Positions 9,853 through 18,320 of a stretch of 64,000 bases of DNA are shown here, piece by piece. A program made the position numbers and the translations under genes. The notes beneath the pieces were generated by a model that ran no database searches, had not been told where the DNA came from, and saw nothing but the letters and a program-made list of their open reading frames with translations. How positions within the stretch are numbered: the stretch's first letter is position 1; each line of letters opens with the position of its first letter. Source of the DNA: Microcoleus sp. (GTDB taxonomy: Bacteria > Cyanobacteriota > Cyanobacteriia > Cyanobacteriales > Microcoleaceae); contig CP181291.1 in NCBI GenBank assembly GCA_052279835.1, positions 4,032,001 through 4,096,000 on the forward strand. The letters run 5' to 3'.

Positions 9853-10152
9853 TTGGATTATAACTTTGATTGGAATATAGCCAAAGAAAAGCAAAATATT
9901 CGCAAGCATCAATTAAATTTTCGTTTGGCTTCAACTATTTTCCGCGATCCTTATCAATTAACAATCTATGATGAAGAACACAGTCAAGATGAAGATAGAT
10001 GGATTACCATAGGTTTAGATGAAACAGGCATTTTCAGGCTGGTTGTCCATACTTTTGAACAAACTGATAGCTCCTCCTGTATCATTCGGATTATTTCCGC
10101 TCGGAAAGCTACTTTCACTGAGACACAATATTATCAACAGAGAAAATTATGA
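9853..10152 (+). CDS. brnT: BrnT family toxin
   Basis: FDWNIAKEKQNIRKHQLNF...HSQDEDRWITIG...IRIISARKAT. Confidence 0.9.
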   Translation: MDYNFDWNIAKEKQNIRKHQLNFRLASTIFRDPYQLTIYDEEHSQDEDRWITIGLDETGIFRLVVHTFEQTDSSSCIIRIISARKATFTETQYYQQRKL

Positions 10153-10349
10153 AATCAGAGTATGATTTTTCTGCGTCAGAACAAGGCAAGTTTTACCATC
10201 CTGATGCTACGTTTCATTATCCGATTTATCTCGAAGCTGATGTCGAGCAGTTTGTGACTAAAATTGCTGAACATAAAAATATTGACGTTCAAGTTTTGGT
10301 CAATGAATGGCTGAGGAATAACATTAAATTAATTCAAAGTATTGAGTAG
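10149..10349 (+). CDS. BrnA-like antitoxin
   Basis: MKSEYDFS...GKFY N-terminus; ATGA overlap with brnT. Confidence 0.75.
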   Translation: MKSEYDFSASEQGKFYHPDATFHYPIYLEADVEQFVTKIAEHKNIDVQVLVNEWLRNNIKLIQSIE

Positions 10350-10397
10350 GTTAGAAACTCGGTTGCTTTGAGAAACTATGAACTTTCAATAAATAAA

Positions 10398-10605
10398 GAG
10401 CGATCGCCCTTTCTCTGTCAAATTCAAAAAGGCGAGCCCATAATTCATCCAACGATCGATCGCCCTTCTTACATCCGCGTTAATCTGCGTCCATCTGCGG
10501 TCAAAAAAGAGCGATCGCCCTTTCTAACAATTCAGAAGGGCGATCGCTCGTTTTATAATCAATCATGGCGATCGCCCTTCTAATAATTCAGAAGGGCGAT
10601 CGCTC
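10398..10605 (+). repeat. HIP1-bounded composite repeat block R2
   Basis: Same three modules as R1, including two GCGATCGCCCTT(T)CTAA.AATTCAGAAGGGCGATCGC hairpins. Confidence 0.85.
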
Positions 10606-10697
10606 ATCATACAATAATCCCGCTGTTATCTTGTATATCTTTTAGTAAAAAAGCCTAAAACATGGCATAATCAATATATTTTATATCCGCTCAATTT

Positions 10698-11030
10698 ATG
10701 ACCGGAATCAACCGCGAACTAAGCATCGACACCAAACACATTGCTAAACATCTACCCGACACTTCTGAAATGCAAAAGCTACTCAAACAAGAAGGTAGCG
10801 TTCATGTGTTTAACGATCGAGCTACAATGGAAATGGTAGCTCAAGCTATTATTGCCAAGGTCGAGTTGATAGGCGTAATTCGCGGTCACGAGCGTTATGG
10901 TCTCTATTTTCCTGACCCCATTGGCTACAGACTTGACAGCAACAATAGTAGAATACCACTTAAATATGGAGAAATTAAAATCAAAGGAGATAAATACCAT
11001 GTCATCCCCAGAACTAAACCTAGCCGATAA
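10698..11030 (+). CDS. Small basic protein, putative RNase-type toxin (DUF6972-like)
   Basis: HIAKHLP...VHVFND...KYHVIPR. First gene of an overlapping pair between repeat blocks. Confidence 0.6.
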   Translation: MTGINRELSIDTKHIAKHLPDTSEMQKLLKQEGSVHVFNDRATMEMVAQAIIAKVELIGVIRGHERYGLYFPDPIGYRLDSNNSRIPLKYGEIKIKGDKYHVIPRTKPSR

Positions 11031-11244
11031 CTGGGAATTCACAGAATTATGGGTAGATCCGACAGCATCACCACCTTACGTCCTAATTTTACTCGGTGAC
11101 GGTTCAGGTAATAGTTGTGTCTACGATCCTGCTCAAAATTATCAGATTGTATTTTCGAGTTCAGATTATCAAGAAGCTAAACTTTGGCTGTTAGAAGATG
11201 AATACGAACGAGTAGAACGTCGGTTACAATTGTCAGCAGCATGA
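10999..11244 (+). CDS. Small acidic protein, putative antitoxin/immunity
   Basis: AAGGAG RBS, ATG at 10999, overlaps the upstream gene; WEFTELWVD...WLLEDEYERVE. Confidence 0.65.
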   Translation: MSSPELNLADNWEFTELWVDPTASPPYVLILLGDGSGNSCVYDPAQNYQIVFSSSDYQEAKLWLLEDEYERVERRLQLSAA

Positions 11245-11272
11245 TCCCTATTTTTCAAAAAATGAGGAAGAT

Positions 11273-11337
11273 AGATCGCCCTTTCTAACAATTCAGAAGG
11301 GCGATCGATCGTTCTATAATCAAAATGGCGATCGCTC
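11273..11337 (+). repeat. HIP1-bounded repeat block R3
   Basis: GATCGCCCTTTCTAACAATTCAGAAGGGCGATCG..TATAATCAAAATGGCGATCGC. Confidence 0.8.
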
Positions 11338-11360
11338 AAAATCTTTCCCACTCACAACTA

Positions 11361-11663
11361 ATGAATCCAGCCGCACAACAACTTCCCGATTTAACAGGAC
11401 AAACCTTATCAGCAGCGATCGCCATACTGGAGAGTTACGGATTCCAATTTCAAACCAGCACAAAAGGTGGCTATCAAAGCTTTGAACACCCAGATGGTAG
11501 TATCATTAACATTAGACCAAATGGTGAAATAGTCCGTACAGGGCCAAAAATACGCGCGACGGATGGCAAAACTTACCGTCGTCGATACAATCGAGATGGA
11601 AATCAAATAAAATTTGAACCAGGGGCTAAGACACATAATACCGGAGAAAAAGTGATTCTATGA
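11361..11663 (+). CDS. Small basic protein, putative nuclease toxin domain
   Basis: LESYGF...FEHPDGSIINIRPNGEIVR...HNTGE; ATGA overlap with the next gene. Confidence 0.6.
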   Translation: MNPAAQQLPDLTGQTLSAAIAILESYGFQFQTSTKGGYQSFEHPDGSIINIRPNGEIVRTGPKIRATDGKTYRRRYNRDGNQIKFEPGAKTHNTGEKVIL

Positions 11664-12061
11664 CAACCGCGATCGCACTCAACCTCAAAACCTTTTTAGA
11701 AGACTTAAAAAGTGCCGATTTAGTAGGGGTTTCACTTCGCCCTCAAAATCTTGGCTTGCGTTTAGACTTCACCTTTGGCCCCGAAGTCGGAGATGTGGCG
11801 ATCGAGTTCGATCGCATTCTTCACCTAGTGATTTCTCGCCCCATCAATTCCGATGATGAAAATTACTGTTTTTGGGTAGGAGAAGTGGAACTCAGAAAGC
11901 TTGGAGAAAATGCTGAAACTTTCTTATCTTCCCTGTCCTATCCTTTCAATTTTCCGGCTAATTTAGATTTATCTGCGTTGAGTCATTTTCGATTAGAAGG
12001 GGATATTTTTATTGAAATAATTTGCGAATACTATAAGATTTTTCAGGAAGTTAAAAATTAA
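11660..12061 (+). CDS. Acidic hypothetical protein, putative immunity protein
   Basis: 133 aa, translationally coupled to the upstream basic ORF. Confidence 0.6.
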   Translation: MTTAIALNLKTFLEDLKSADLVGVSLRPQNLGLRLDFTFGPEVGDVAIEFDRILHLVISRPINSDDENYCFWVGEVELRKLGENAETFLSSLSYPFNFPANLDLSALSHFRLEGDIFIEIICEYYKIFQEVKN

Positions 12062-12085
12062 TTTCTATGTCATCCCCAGAGAACA

Positions 12086-12331
12086 ATGACTCACACCCTC
12101 AATATCCAACACTTGCCACCAGAAGCTATTCATTCGCTGATGCTCCATTTGCCTGACTATGTAAAAGTCGCCCTGATGGAAAAAGCTACGCAGCTAGAAT
12201 GTTCTCTGGAAGCTGCGATCGAAATGGCGATCGCTAGTTTTTTAGACTCAGAAGCTTTCAACTTTGAAGATTGTCTATTATCGCAACGTCTTAAAGAATC
12301 AGAACTGGTAGAATTTCCCCAAAGCAAATAG
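12086..12331 (+). CDS. Small acidic helical hypothetical protein (antitoxin-like)
   Basis: 81 aa; LEAAIEMAIASFLD looks like an RHH-type helix pair. Confidence 0.6.
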   Translation: MTHTLNIQHLPPEAIHSLMLHLPDYVKVALMEKATQLECSLEAAIEMAIASFLDSEAFNFEDCLLSQRLKESELVEFPQSK

Positions 12332-12343
12332 GGTCGGCTCCCC

Positions 12344-12374
12344 CGTTTTATAATCAATCATGGCGATCGCCCTT
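12344..12374 (+). repeat. Partial repeat block R4
   Basis: CGTTTTATAATCAATCATGGCGATCGCCCTT, matching part of R2. Confidence 0.75.
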
Positions 12375-12455
12375 ATTTTGCATTCAACTAACAAAAAATT
12401 GTCATTTCAGCCAAGAATTGCTAAAATGATTGCAAAATACTATTCTGATTAGCCA

Positions 12456-12677
12456 ATGAGCAACATCTCTATCAGCTTGCCAGATGAATTACTCACATAC
12501 GTCAATCAAAAAGCGCCCAACCCCAGTGCTTTGATAGAATCTCTCTTAAAACAATGGCGAAAACAACAAGAAAACCAAGCTTTAGCAGAAGCTTGCAAGC
12601 TAATTGACGAACTAGATTTAGGATGGGACGAGGAATGGCAAGCTCAAGCGATTACCGACTGGGAAGTATCTGGATAG
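12456..12677 (+). CDS. CopG/RHH-type antitoxin
   Basis: MSNISISLPDELLTYV with an acidic C-terminus; overlaps the MazF-like gene. Confidence 0.8.
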   Translation: MSNISISLPDELLTYVNQKAPNPSALIESLLKQWRKQQENQALAEACKLIDELDLGWDEEWQAQAITDWEVSG

Positions 12678-12997
12678 CTAGATTCGATCCGTCAGTAGGA
12701 ACAGAAATACGCAAAACGCGGCCTGCGTTGGTAATTTCTGGTACTCTCTTCAACGAGCGACGCAGCAAAGTGACTGTTTTGCCATTTACCTCCGCTCGTG
12801 CTCACGATCCTCGTATTTCTGCTGCTGCGATCTTAGTACCCGCATCCCCACAAAATGGTTTAGATGCAGATAGTTTGCTAGTCTGTGTCGATCCGATGAC
12901 TTTCGACAAAACGAGATTAGTACAACAAGTCGGCCAATTGGAATCGGAGTTATTTTTCCAAGCTCAAGAGATTTTGCAGCGCTATCTGGAATTATAG
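12635..12997 (+). CDS. PemK/MazF family toxin
   Basis: GSIWIARFDPSVGTEIRKTRPALVIS...VLPFTS. Likely ATG at 12635 after GAGG; the track start is 12623. Confidence 0.9.
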   Translation: MASSSDYRLGSIWIARFDPSVGTEIRKTRPALVISGTLFNERRSKVTVLPFTSARAHDPRISAAAILVPASPQNGLDADSLLVCVDPMTFDKTRLVQQVGQLESELFFQAQEILQRYLEL

Positions 12998-13147
12998 CGA
13001 GATCCCTTTTTCACCGAAATTCAAAAAGACATCGCCCATAATTCATCAAACGATCGATCGCCCTTCTTGCATCCGCGTTAATCTGCGTCCATCTGCGGTC
13101 AAAAAATAGCGATCGCCCTTTCTAATAATTCAGAAGGGCGATCGCTC
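12998..13147 (+). repeat. HIP1-bounded composite repeat block R5
   Basis: Same modules as R1/R2. It abuts the stop codons of both convergent MazF genes. Confidence 0.85.
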
Positions 13148-13490
13148 AACAATTACCTATAATTCCAATCAATCCCTCTTTCAGAGACTGGATATCTACA
13201 TCTTGAATCCTTCCCAGTTTTTTGATAATCAGTTGCATCTCAATTGTCGTAATAACTGGTTTAATCATAGAAGCTTTTAAAAGACCAGCCGATCGCCAAT
13301 CTGCGATGATGATATCACCAACTTTCTGGCTACTGCCAACTTGACTCGTTATACCCATCAGAATGCGATCGGGATATTCTGCATTATAAACGTGTGAACT
13401 AATCACAACTGCTGGACGTTTTTTATTTGTAGTTTGATCGGTAAAAGGAAACTGAACTAAAACCACATCACCAAAATTATAACTCGTCAT
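13146..13490 (-). CDS. PemK/MazF family toxin
   Basis: MTSYNFGDVVLVQFPFTDQTTNKKRPAVVIS; ATG at 13490 overlaps the antitoxin 3' end. Confidence 0.9.
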   Translation of the reverse strand: MTSYNFGDVVLVQFPFTDQTTNKKRPAVVISSHVYNAEYPDRILMGITSQVGSSQKVGDIIIADWRSAGLLKASMIKPVITTIEMQLIIKKLGRIQDVDIQSLKEGLIGIIGNC

Positions 13491-13698
13491 ACTCCGCGTC
13501 CTCTGGGTTATCCCAAATTTTAGCAAAAGCTGCTTCTGAGAGTTTAGTCGCTGTATAAACGAGAAGACGAGCTTCACTTCGCGTTAATAGGAAGTCGATA
13601 AAATCTTCTAATACCGTGATTTTATCTGGCGGTAAACTGCGGATTTTTTCCATCAGCTTTGTTTCAGGATTTTGGGCGACACTCATGTTATTTTTCAT
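13477..13698 (-). CDS. Putative antitoxin (DUF2281-like)
   Basis: LMEKIRSLPPDK...DFIDFL...WDNPEDAEYDEL, directly upstream of MazF. Confidence 0.75.
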   Translation of the reverse strand: MKNNMSVAQNPETKLMEKIRSLPPDKITVLEDFIDFLLTRSEARLLVYTATKLSEAAFAKIWDNPEDAEYDEL

Positions 13699-13709
13699 TT
13701 TTTTAATGA

Positions 13710-13790
13710 CTACATAGCACTTACTTTAACGTAAGTTGCTAATTCTATCAAATCGCGGATAACTTGCGGACGTTTTTGGATCGAGGTCAT
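13710..13790 (-). pseudogene. Truncated ParE/RelE toxin (26 aa)
   Basis: MTSIQKRPQVIRDLIELATYV starts 2 bp after the ParD-like stop, then ends in unrelated sequence. Confidence 0.7.
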
Positions 13791-13792
13791 TT

Positions 13793-14059
13793 TTATTCCT
13801 GCAACCCCTGATTCTGGGAAATACGCGATCGCACAGCTTGACGAATCTCCATCCAATCCTCCTCCGTCATCGCGGTTGGATTTCCTGATTCCAAACCTTC
13901 TAATAACATCGCTTCCAAACGTTCTGAAGCTTTGCGTTTTTGGTCTTGGCGAATTAACTCGCGGAAATACTCGCTAGCTGTACTATAACCACCTTGGGCC
14001 ACCTGTGCTTCTATATAAGTTCGCATTGAGTCAGGTAGAGAAATATTCATGCTTGTCAC
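13793..14059 (-). CDS. ParD-like RHH antitoxin
   Basis: MNISLPDSMRTYIEAQVAQGGYSTASEYFRELIRQDQ...LLEGLESG. Confidence 0.9.
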   Translation of the reverse strand: MTSMNISLPDSMRTYIEAQVAQGGYSTASEYFRELIRQDQKRKASERLEAMLLEGLESGNPTAMTEEDWMEIRQAVRSRISQNQGLQE

Positions 14060-14163
14060 GGGTATTACTTACCTCAGTTAACTCGTTATCTTAATTATGG
14101 CAGATTTTGCCATTTTTTGTCAAATCTCACACAACCTGTAATTTTGTAATCAGAAATTGGGAA

Positions 14164-14205
14164 GAGCGATCGCCCTTTCTCAGCCCGATTCAGAAAGGAT
14201 CTCGC
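14164..14205 (+). repeat. Degenerate repeat block R6
   Basis: GAGCGATCGCCCTTTCTC...GATTCAGAAAGG, similar to the start of R1. Confidence 0.7.
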
Positions 14206-14285
14206 TTCTGCTAAATTTATGATATAATTACTCATCAGTTACAGCTAGACTTGCCCACTTCTTTTGATATAAAGGAGTAAAGCCC

Positions 14286-14537
14286 GTGAAAATAGAAGAA
14301 TTACTGCAAAGAAAAGGAATTATTCACCGCGATCCAGAAGTTATGAGCGGTGTCCCCGTATTTGTCGGAACTCGCGTTCCCTTAAAAACTTTTTTCGATT
14401 ACCTGGAAGGTGATAGCGGTTTCGCAGAATTTATTAATGATTTTCCTTACCTAGAAAGTCAGGCAATTAAAGTGCTAGAAAATCTCACTAAGATGATGCT
14501 CTCGCTAGAAAGTGATTCAAATGCTTATATTGCTTGA
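14286..14537 (+). CDS. DUF433 family antitoxin
   Basis: IHRDPEVMSGVPVFVGTRVPL...DFPYL. Confidence 0.9.
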   Translation: MKIEELLQRKGIIHRDPEVMSGVPVFVGTRVPLKTFFDYLEGDSGFAEFINDFPYLESQAIKVLENLTKMMLSLESDSNAYIA

Positions 14538-14604
14538 TGAAAATCTTTTGAGTCAAAAACTTAAGCAGCCTTTCTTAGACGAGGGTCATATCGCAACGTC
14601 TTAA
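14521..14604 (+). pseudogene. Truncated DUF5615 (PIN-like) toxin (27 aa)
   Basis: MLILLDENLLSQKLKQPFLDEGH overlaps the DUF433 stop and is cut at 14589 by a 52-bp duplicated segment. Confidence 0.75.
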
Positions 14605-14639
14605 GGCATCCGAATTGGTAGAATTTCCCCAAAGCAAAT

Positions 14640-16874
14640 ATGAGTAGATTCAAAATAGCTTACTCTTTCTGTGTGGTAATTGCTACTGGGCTATTTGTTC
14701 TCACTTCTCACCCAGAATTAACTCAAATTAATTTAGACATAAAATCGGCATCAGCACAACTACAAAATACACAAAATTTAAAAACACAAGCCTTTTTATT
14801 AAATCAAACAGGTGTTGCTCTATTAAATGCAAGTAGATTTGAAGAAGCTTTAGATACTTTTCAACAGCTTATCACAATATATCAAACCATCGGCGATCGC
14901 CCAGGAGAAGGTAGAACTTTAAACAGCATTGCTACAGTTTACAGCTACTTAGAAAAGTATGACAAAGCCTTGAAATTCTACCAACAAGCTTTAGCAATCC
15001 GCCAAGAAATAGGCGATCGCAAAGGCGAAGGCATAACTCTCAACGGCACTGCCGTAGTTTACCGCAGTTTGGGCCAATATGACCGAGCTTTACAATGTTA
15101 CCAGCAAGCTTTAACCATTCGTAGAGAATTAGGCGATCGACAGCAGGAAGGAATTACTCTCAACAATATGGCGGGAGTCTACGAAAATCAGGGTTTGCAC
15201 GATCGAGCTTTGGACTTCTACAAGCAAGGTTTGGCAATTTATCAAGCATTGGGCGATCGAGCCGGTGTTGGTATAAATCTCAATAATATGGGAGCAATTT
15301 ACAACAGTCTCGGAAAGTACGATCGAGCTTTGCAGTTATATCAGCAAGCCTTGGTTGCTGTTAAAGCATCAGGTAACAAAGGCATTGAAGGAACGACTCT
15401 CAATAATATAGGGGAAGTTTACAACCGTTTGGGCGAATATGCGAAGGCTGAAAAAATATTATTTGAGGCGATCGCAATTTGGGATGCGGTGCGTGTCGGC
15501 ATGACTGATACTGATAAAATCACCAATTTTGAAAAACAAGCTGATACTTACGGTTTTTTACAAACATCTTTAGTTAATCAAAACAAAACCAATACTGCTC
15601 TAGAAATTGCCGAACGTGGCAGGGCTAGAGCCTATATTGAATTATTAGCCAACCAGCTATCAGACATTCCCAAACAGCAACTAACTGTTAAAGCGCCAAC
15701 TATTTCAGAAATTAAACAAATTGCTAAAAGCCATAATTCTACAATCATTGAGTATTCGATTATTGATAGTCAGCAAATTTATATTTGGGTGATTCAGCCG
15801 ACAGGCGAAATTACATTTCGCCCCAGCAAGCTAAGTTCTATAGATGCAAGTTTGGCACAAATTGCCGAGGGTTCGAGAGTAGCTGCTGCTGTCGGGAGAG
15901 GATTGCCACCATCCGATGATATTCTGACAAAATTAGTCCGCGGTACTCGCGAAGCTGCGGGCGCACCAACCATGGCTGCTAATAGCAATTCTAGCCCATG
16001 CCGGGGCAAAAAATGCTTGCAGAAAATGTATCAACTGCTGATAGAACCAATTGCTGATTTATTGCCACCAAATCCTGAATCTCGCGTTATATTTATTCCC
16101 CATCAATCTCTGCTTTTCGTTCCATTTCCTGCTTTAGAAGATGCCTCTGGAAAATACTTAATTACCAAGCATACGATTATGACAGCACCAGCAATTCAGG
16201 TATTAGATTTAACCAGAAAATCCCGACAGCGTGCAGCTAAAATCGATCTATTGCACCCCCAAGAGCAAGATTTACTAATAGTCGGAAATCCCGCAATGCC
16301 GAGTATTGGCAACCCGCCACAGCAGTTGCCCCCATTGCCTGGTTCGGAAACAGAGGCGATCGCAATTTCCCAACTTTTCCACAGCAAACCGCTGATTGGT
16401 AAAGCAGCTACTGAATCTTTGATTAAGCAACAAATGCCCGATGCTAAAATTATTCACTTAGCAACTCACGGGTTGCTGAATGAGTTAACAGAAAATGATA
16501 TTCCGGGTGCGATCGCTCTTGCCCCATCAGCAAAGGATGATGGTTTACTTACTGCCAGGGAAATTCTCGATTTGTCGCTTCGTGCGGAATTAGTAGTGTT
16601 AAGTGCTTGTAATACTGGTAGAGGTAGGATTACGGGCGATGGTGTGATTGGATTATCTCGCTCTTTAATTACAGCAGGTGTGGCTAGTGCGATCGTTTCG
16701 CTGTGGTATGTTCCAGATAGCCCAACTAGCTTTTTAATGGTAAAATTTTATCATCAGTTGCAGGCAAATTCTGATAAAGCCCAGGCACTTCGCCAAGCAA
16801 TGTTGGCAACAATGAAGGAATATCCTAATGCTACTAATTGGGCTGCATTTACTTTAATTGGCGAAGCAGATTGA
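14640..16874 (+). CDS. TPR-repeat + CHAT (caspase-like) domain protein
   Basis: N-terminal hydrophobic segment, GDRxGEGxTLNN TPRs, catalytic IIHLATHG and VVLSACNTG. Confidence 0.92.
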   Translation: MSRFKIAYSFCVVIATGLFVLTSHPELTQINLDIKSASAQLQNTQNLKTQAFLLNQTGVALLNASRFEEALDTFQQLITIYQTIGDRPGEGRTLNSIATVYSYLEKYDKALKFYQQALAIRQEIGDRKGEGITLNGTAVVYRSLGQYDRALQCYQQALTIRRELGDRQQEGITLNNMAGVYENQGLHDRALDFYKQGLAIYQALGDRAGVGINLNNMGAIYNSLGKYDRALQLYQQALVAVKASGNKGIEGTTLNNIGEVYNRLGEYAKAEKILFEAIAIWDAVRVGMTDTDKITNFEKQADTYGFLQTSLVNQNKTNTALEIAERGRARAYIELLANQLSDIPKQQLTVKAPTISEIKQIAKSHNSTIIEYSIIDSQQIYIWVIQPTGEITFRPSKLSSIDASLAQIAEGSRVAAAVGRGLPPSDDILTKLVRGTREAAGAPTMAANSNSSPCRGKKCLQKMYQLLIEPIADLLPPNPESRVIFIPHQSLLFVPFPALEDASGKYLITKHTIMTAPAIQVLDLTRKSRQRAAKIDLLHPQEQDLLIVGNPAMPSIGNPPQQLPPLPGSETEAIAISQLFHSKPLIGKAATESLIKQQMPDAKIIHLATHGLLNELTENDIPGAIALAPSAKDDGLLTAREILDLSLRAELVVLSACNTGRGRITGDGVIGLSRSLITAGVASAIVSLWYVPDSPTSFLMVKFYHQLQANSDKAQALRQAMLATMKEYPNATNWAAFTLIGEAD

Positions 16875-16943
16875 TATAGCAATCGCCTAATAGTTAAGGC
16901 GACTGCTATAGTTAGCAAGCAGGAACCCTATGGTACGCCCTGC

Positions 16944-17067
16944 GGGAGCATCCCGACTTTGCATAGGCGAAGCATGACCGCAGACAATTTATTAGTGATA
17001 ACCAGAGATTTACAGCGGTCATGCTAGAGCATCATACGAATATATTTGCACTCATTGAGATGCACTC
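16944..17067. repeat. Nested inverted-repeat element, copy 2 (central spacer inverted)
   Basis: Flanks are collinear with copies 1 and 3; the spacer is their reverse complement. Confidence 0.8.
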
Positions 17068-17107
17068 AGCCCTGCTCTTGGTTGTGGCAATTTTAACCTC
17101 GATCGCT

Positions 17108-18070
17108 CTAGTGGACAGCCACCGCCAGATTAAGTTCTGGATCTTGAAACAAAGGAGTGCTCAGATAGCGTTCGCCAAAGCTAGGCTGAATCATCACGAT
17201 CAATTTGCCTGCATTTTCAGGACGCTTGCCAATTTTCAAGGCCGCACACAAGGCTGCACCGCTGGAAATACCAGACAACAGTCCTTCTTCTCTGGCTAAG
17301 CGACGCCCGTAGGCGATCGCCTCGTCATCGCTGACAACTACAATCTCGTCGATCGTATCCACATTCAAGACCGGCGGCACAAAACCAGCACCGATACCTT
17401 GAATTTTGTGAGGTCCAGGCTTACCACCGGAAAGTACCTGACTGTTAGCCGGCTCAACGGCGATCGTCTTAAATTCAGGTTTTCGGGACTTAATCACCTC
17501 CGAAATACCTGTAATCGTACCGCCGGTGCCAACCCCAGAAATCAGGAAATCCACCTCGCCATCTGTATCTTCCCAAATTTCCTCCGCTGTGGTTTCCCGG
17601 TGAATCTGGGGGTTCGCAGGATTCCGAAACTGCTGCAACATATAAGCATTCGGTGTTTTGTCCACAATGTCTTGAGCGCGACGGATGCAGCCACTCATGC
17701 CCTCAATTCCTGGAGTCAATTCTAATTGGGCCCCGTAAGCTCGTAACATCGATCGACGTTCCGTGCTCATCGTATCAGGCATTGTCAAAATCAACTTATA
17801 ACCCTTAGCCGCCGCCACCATGGCCAAAGCAATGCCAGTATTGCCAGAAGTCGGTTCCACTAAAACCGTTGTCCCTGGAGTAATCAGCCCTTCTGCTTCG
17901 GCTGCATTCACCATATTCACGCCAATACGGTCCTTGACAGAGGCAGCAGGATTCATGCCTTCGAGTTTGACCACAATCCGAGCTAAGCACCCTTCGGCTT
18001 GGGGAATGCGGTTGAGTTGCACCAAAGGTGTGCGGCCGACCAATTCTGTAATGTCACGAGCAATACGCAT
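17108..18070 (-). CDS. cysK: Cysteine synthase A
   Basis: [14 protein letters not shown] lysine, [25 protein letters not shown]. Confidence 0.97.
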   Translation of the reverse strand: MRIARDITELVGRTPLVQLNRIPQAEGCLARIVVKLEGMNPAASVKDRIGVNMVNAAEAEGLITPGTTVLVEPTSGNTGIALAMVAAAKGYKLILTMPDTMSTERRSMLRAYGAQLELTPGIEGMSGCIRRAQDIVDKTPNAYMLQQFRNPANPQIHRETTAEEIWEDTDGEVDFLISGVGTGGTITGISEVIKSRKPEFKTIAVEPANSQVLSGGKPGPHKIQGIGAGFVPPVLNVDTIDEIVVVSDDEAIAYGRRLAREEGLLSGISSGAALCAALKIGKRPENAGKLIVMIQPSFGERYLSTPLFQDPELNLAVAVH

Positions 18071-18320
18071 AATCTTTGTCAGTTTGTGGTTAATGGTAAA
18101 TTCTGAAGTAAACCCACCTAAAAAAATATAATACCCAGAGTCTAGACTTCTTTAATAATTACAGATTTTATGGTCTAATATCCTTAAGACTTTCAGGTAC
18201 AGTAGCACATTTTGTTTGTATTTGCTACATTTTGAGTCAATCAATTGCATACAAATAACTTTGCTAATCTTCACAAAAGTCAATTATTAATCCCTATTAA
18301 CTTTTATCAACTATTAATAA

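Noticed and set aside
10368..10583. 71-aa ORF
   Set aside because: Translation of repeat block R2.
9575..14205. Classical integron with attC sites
   Set aside because: No IntI, no RYYYAAC/GTTRRRY boxes recognised, and units occur on both strands. Kept only as an analogy.
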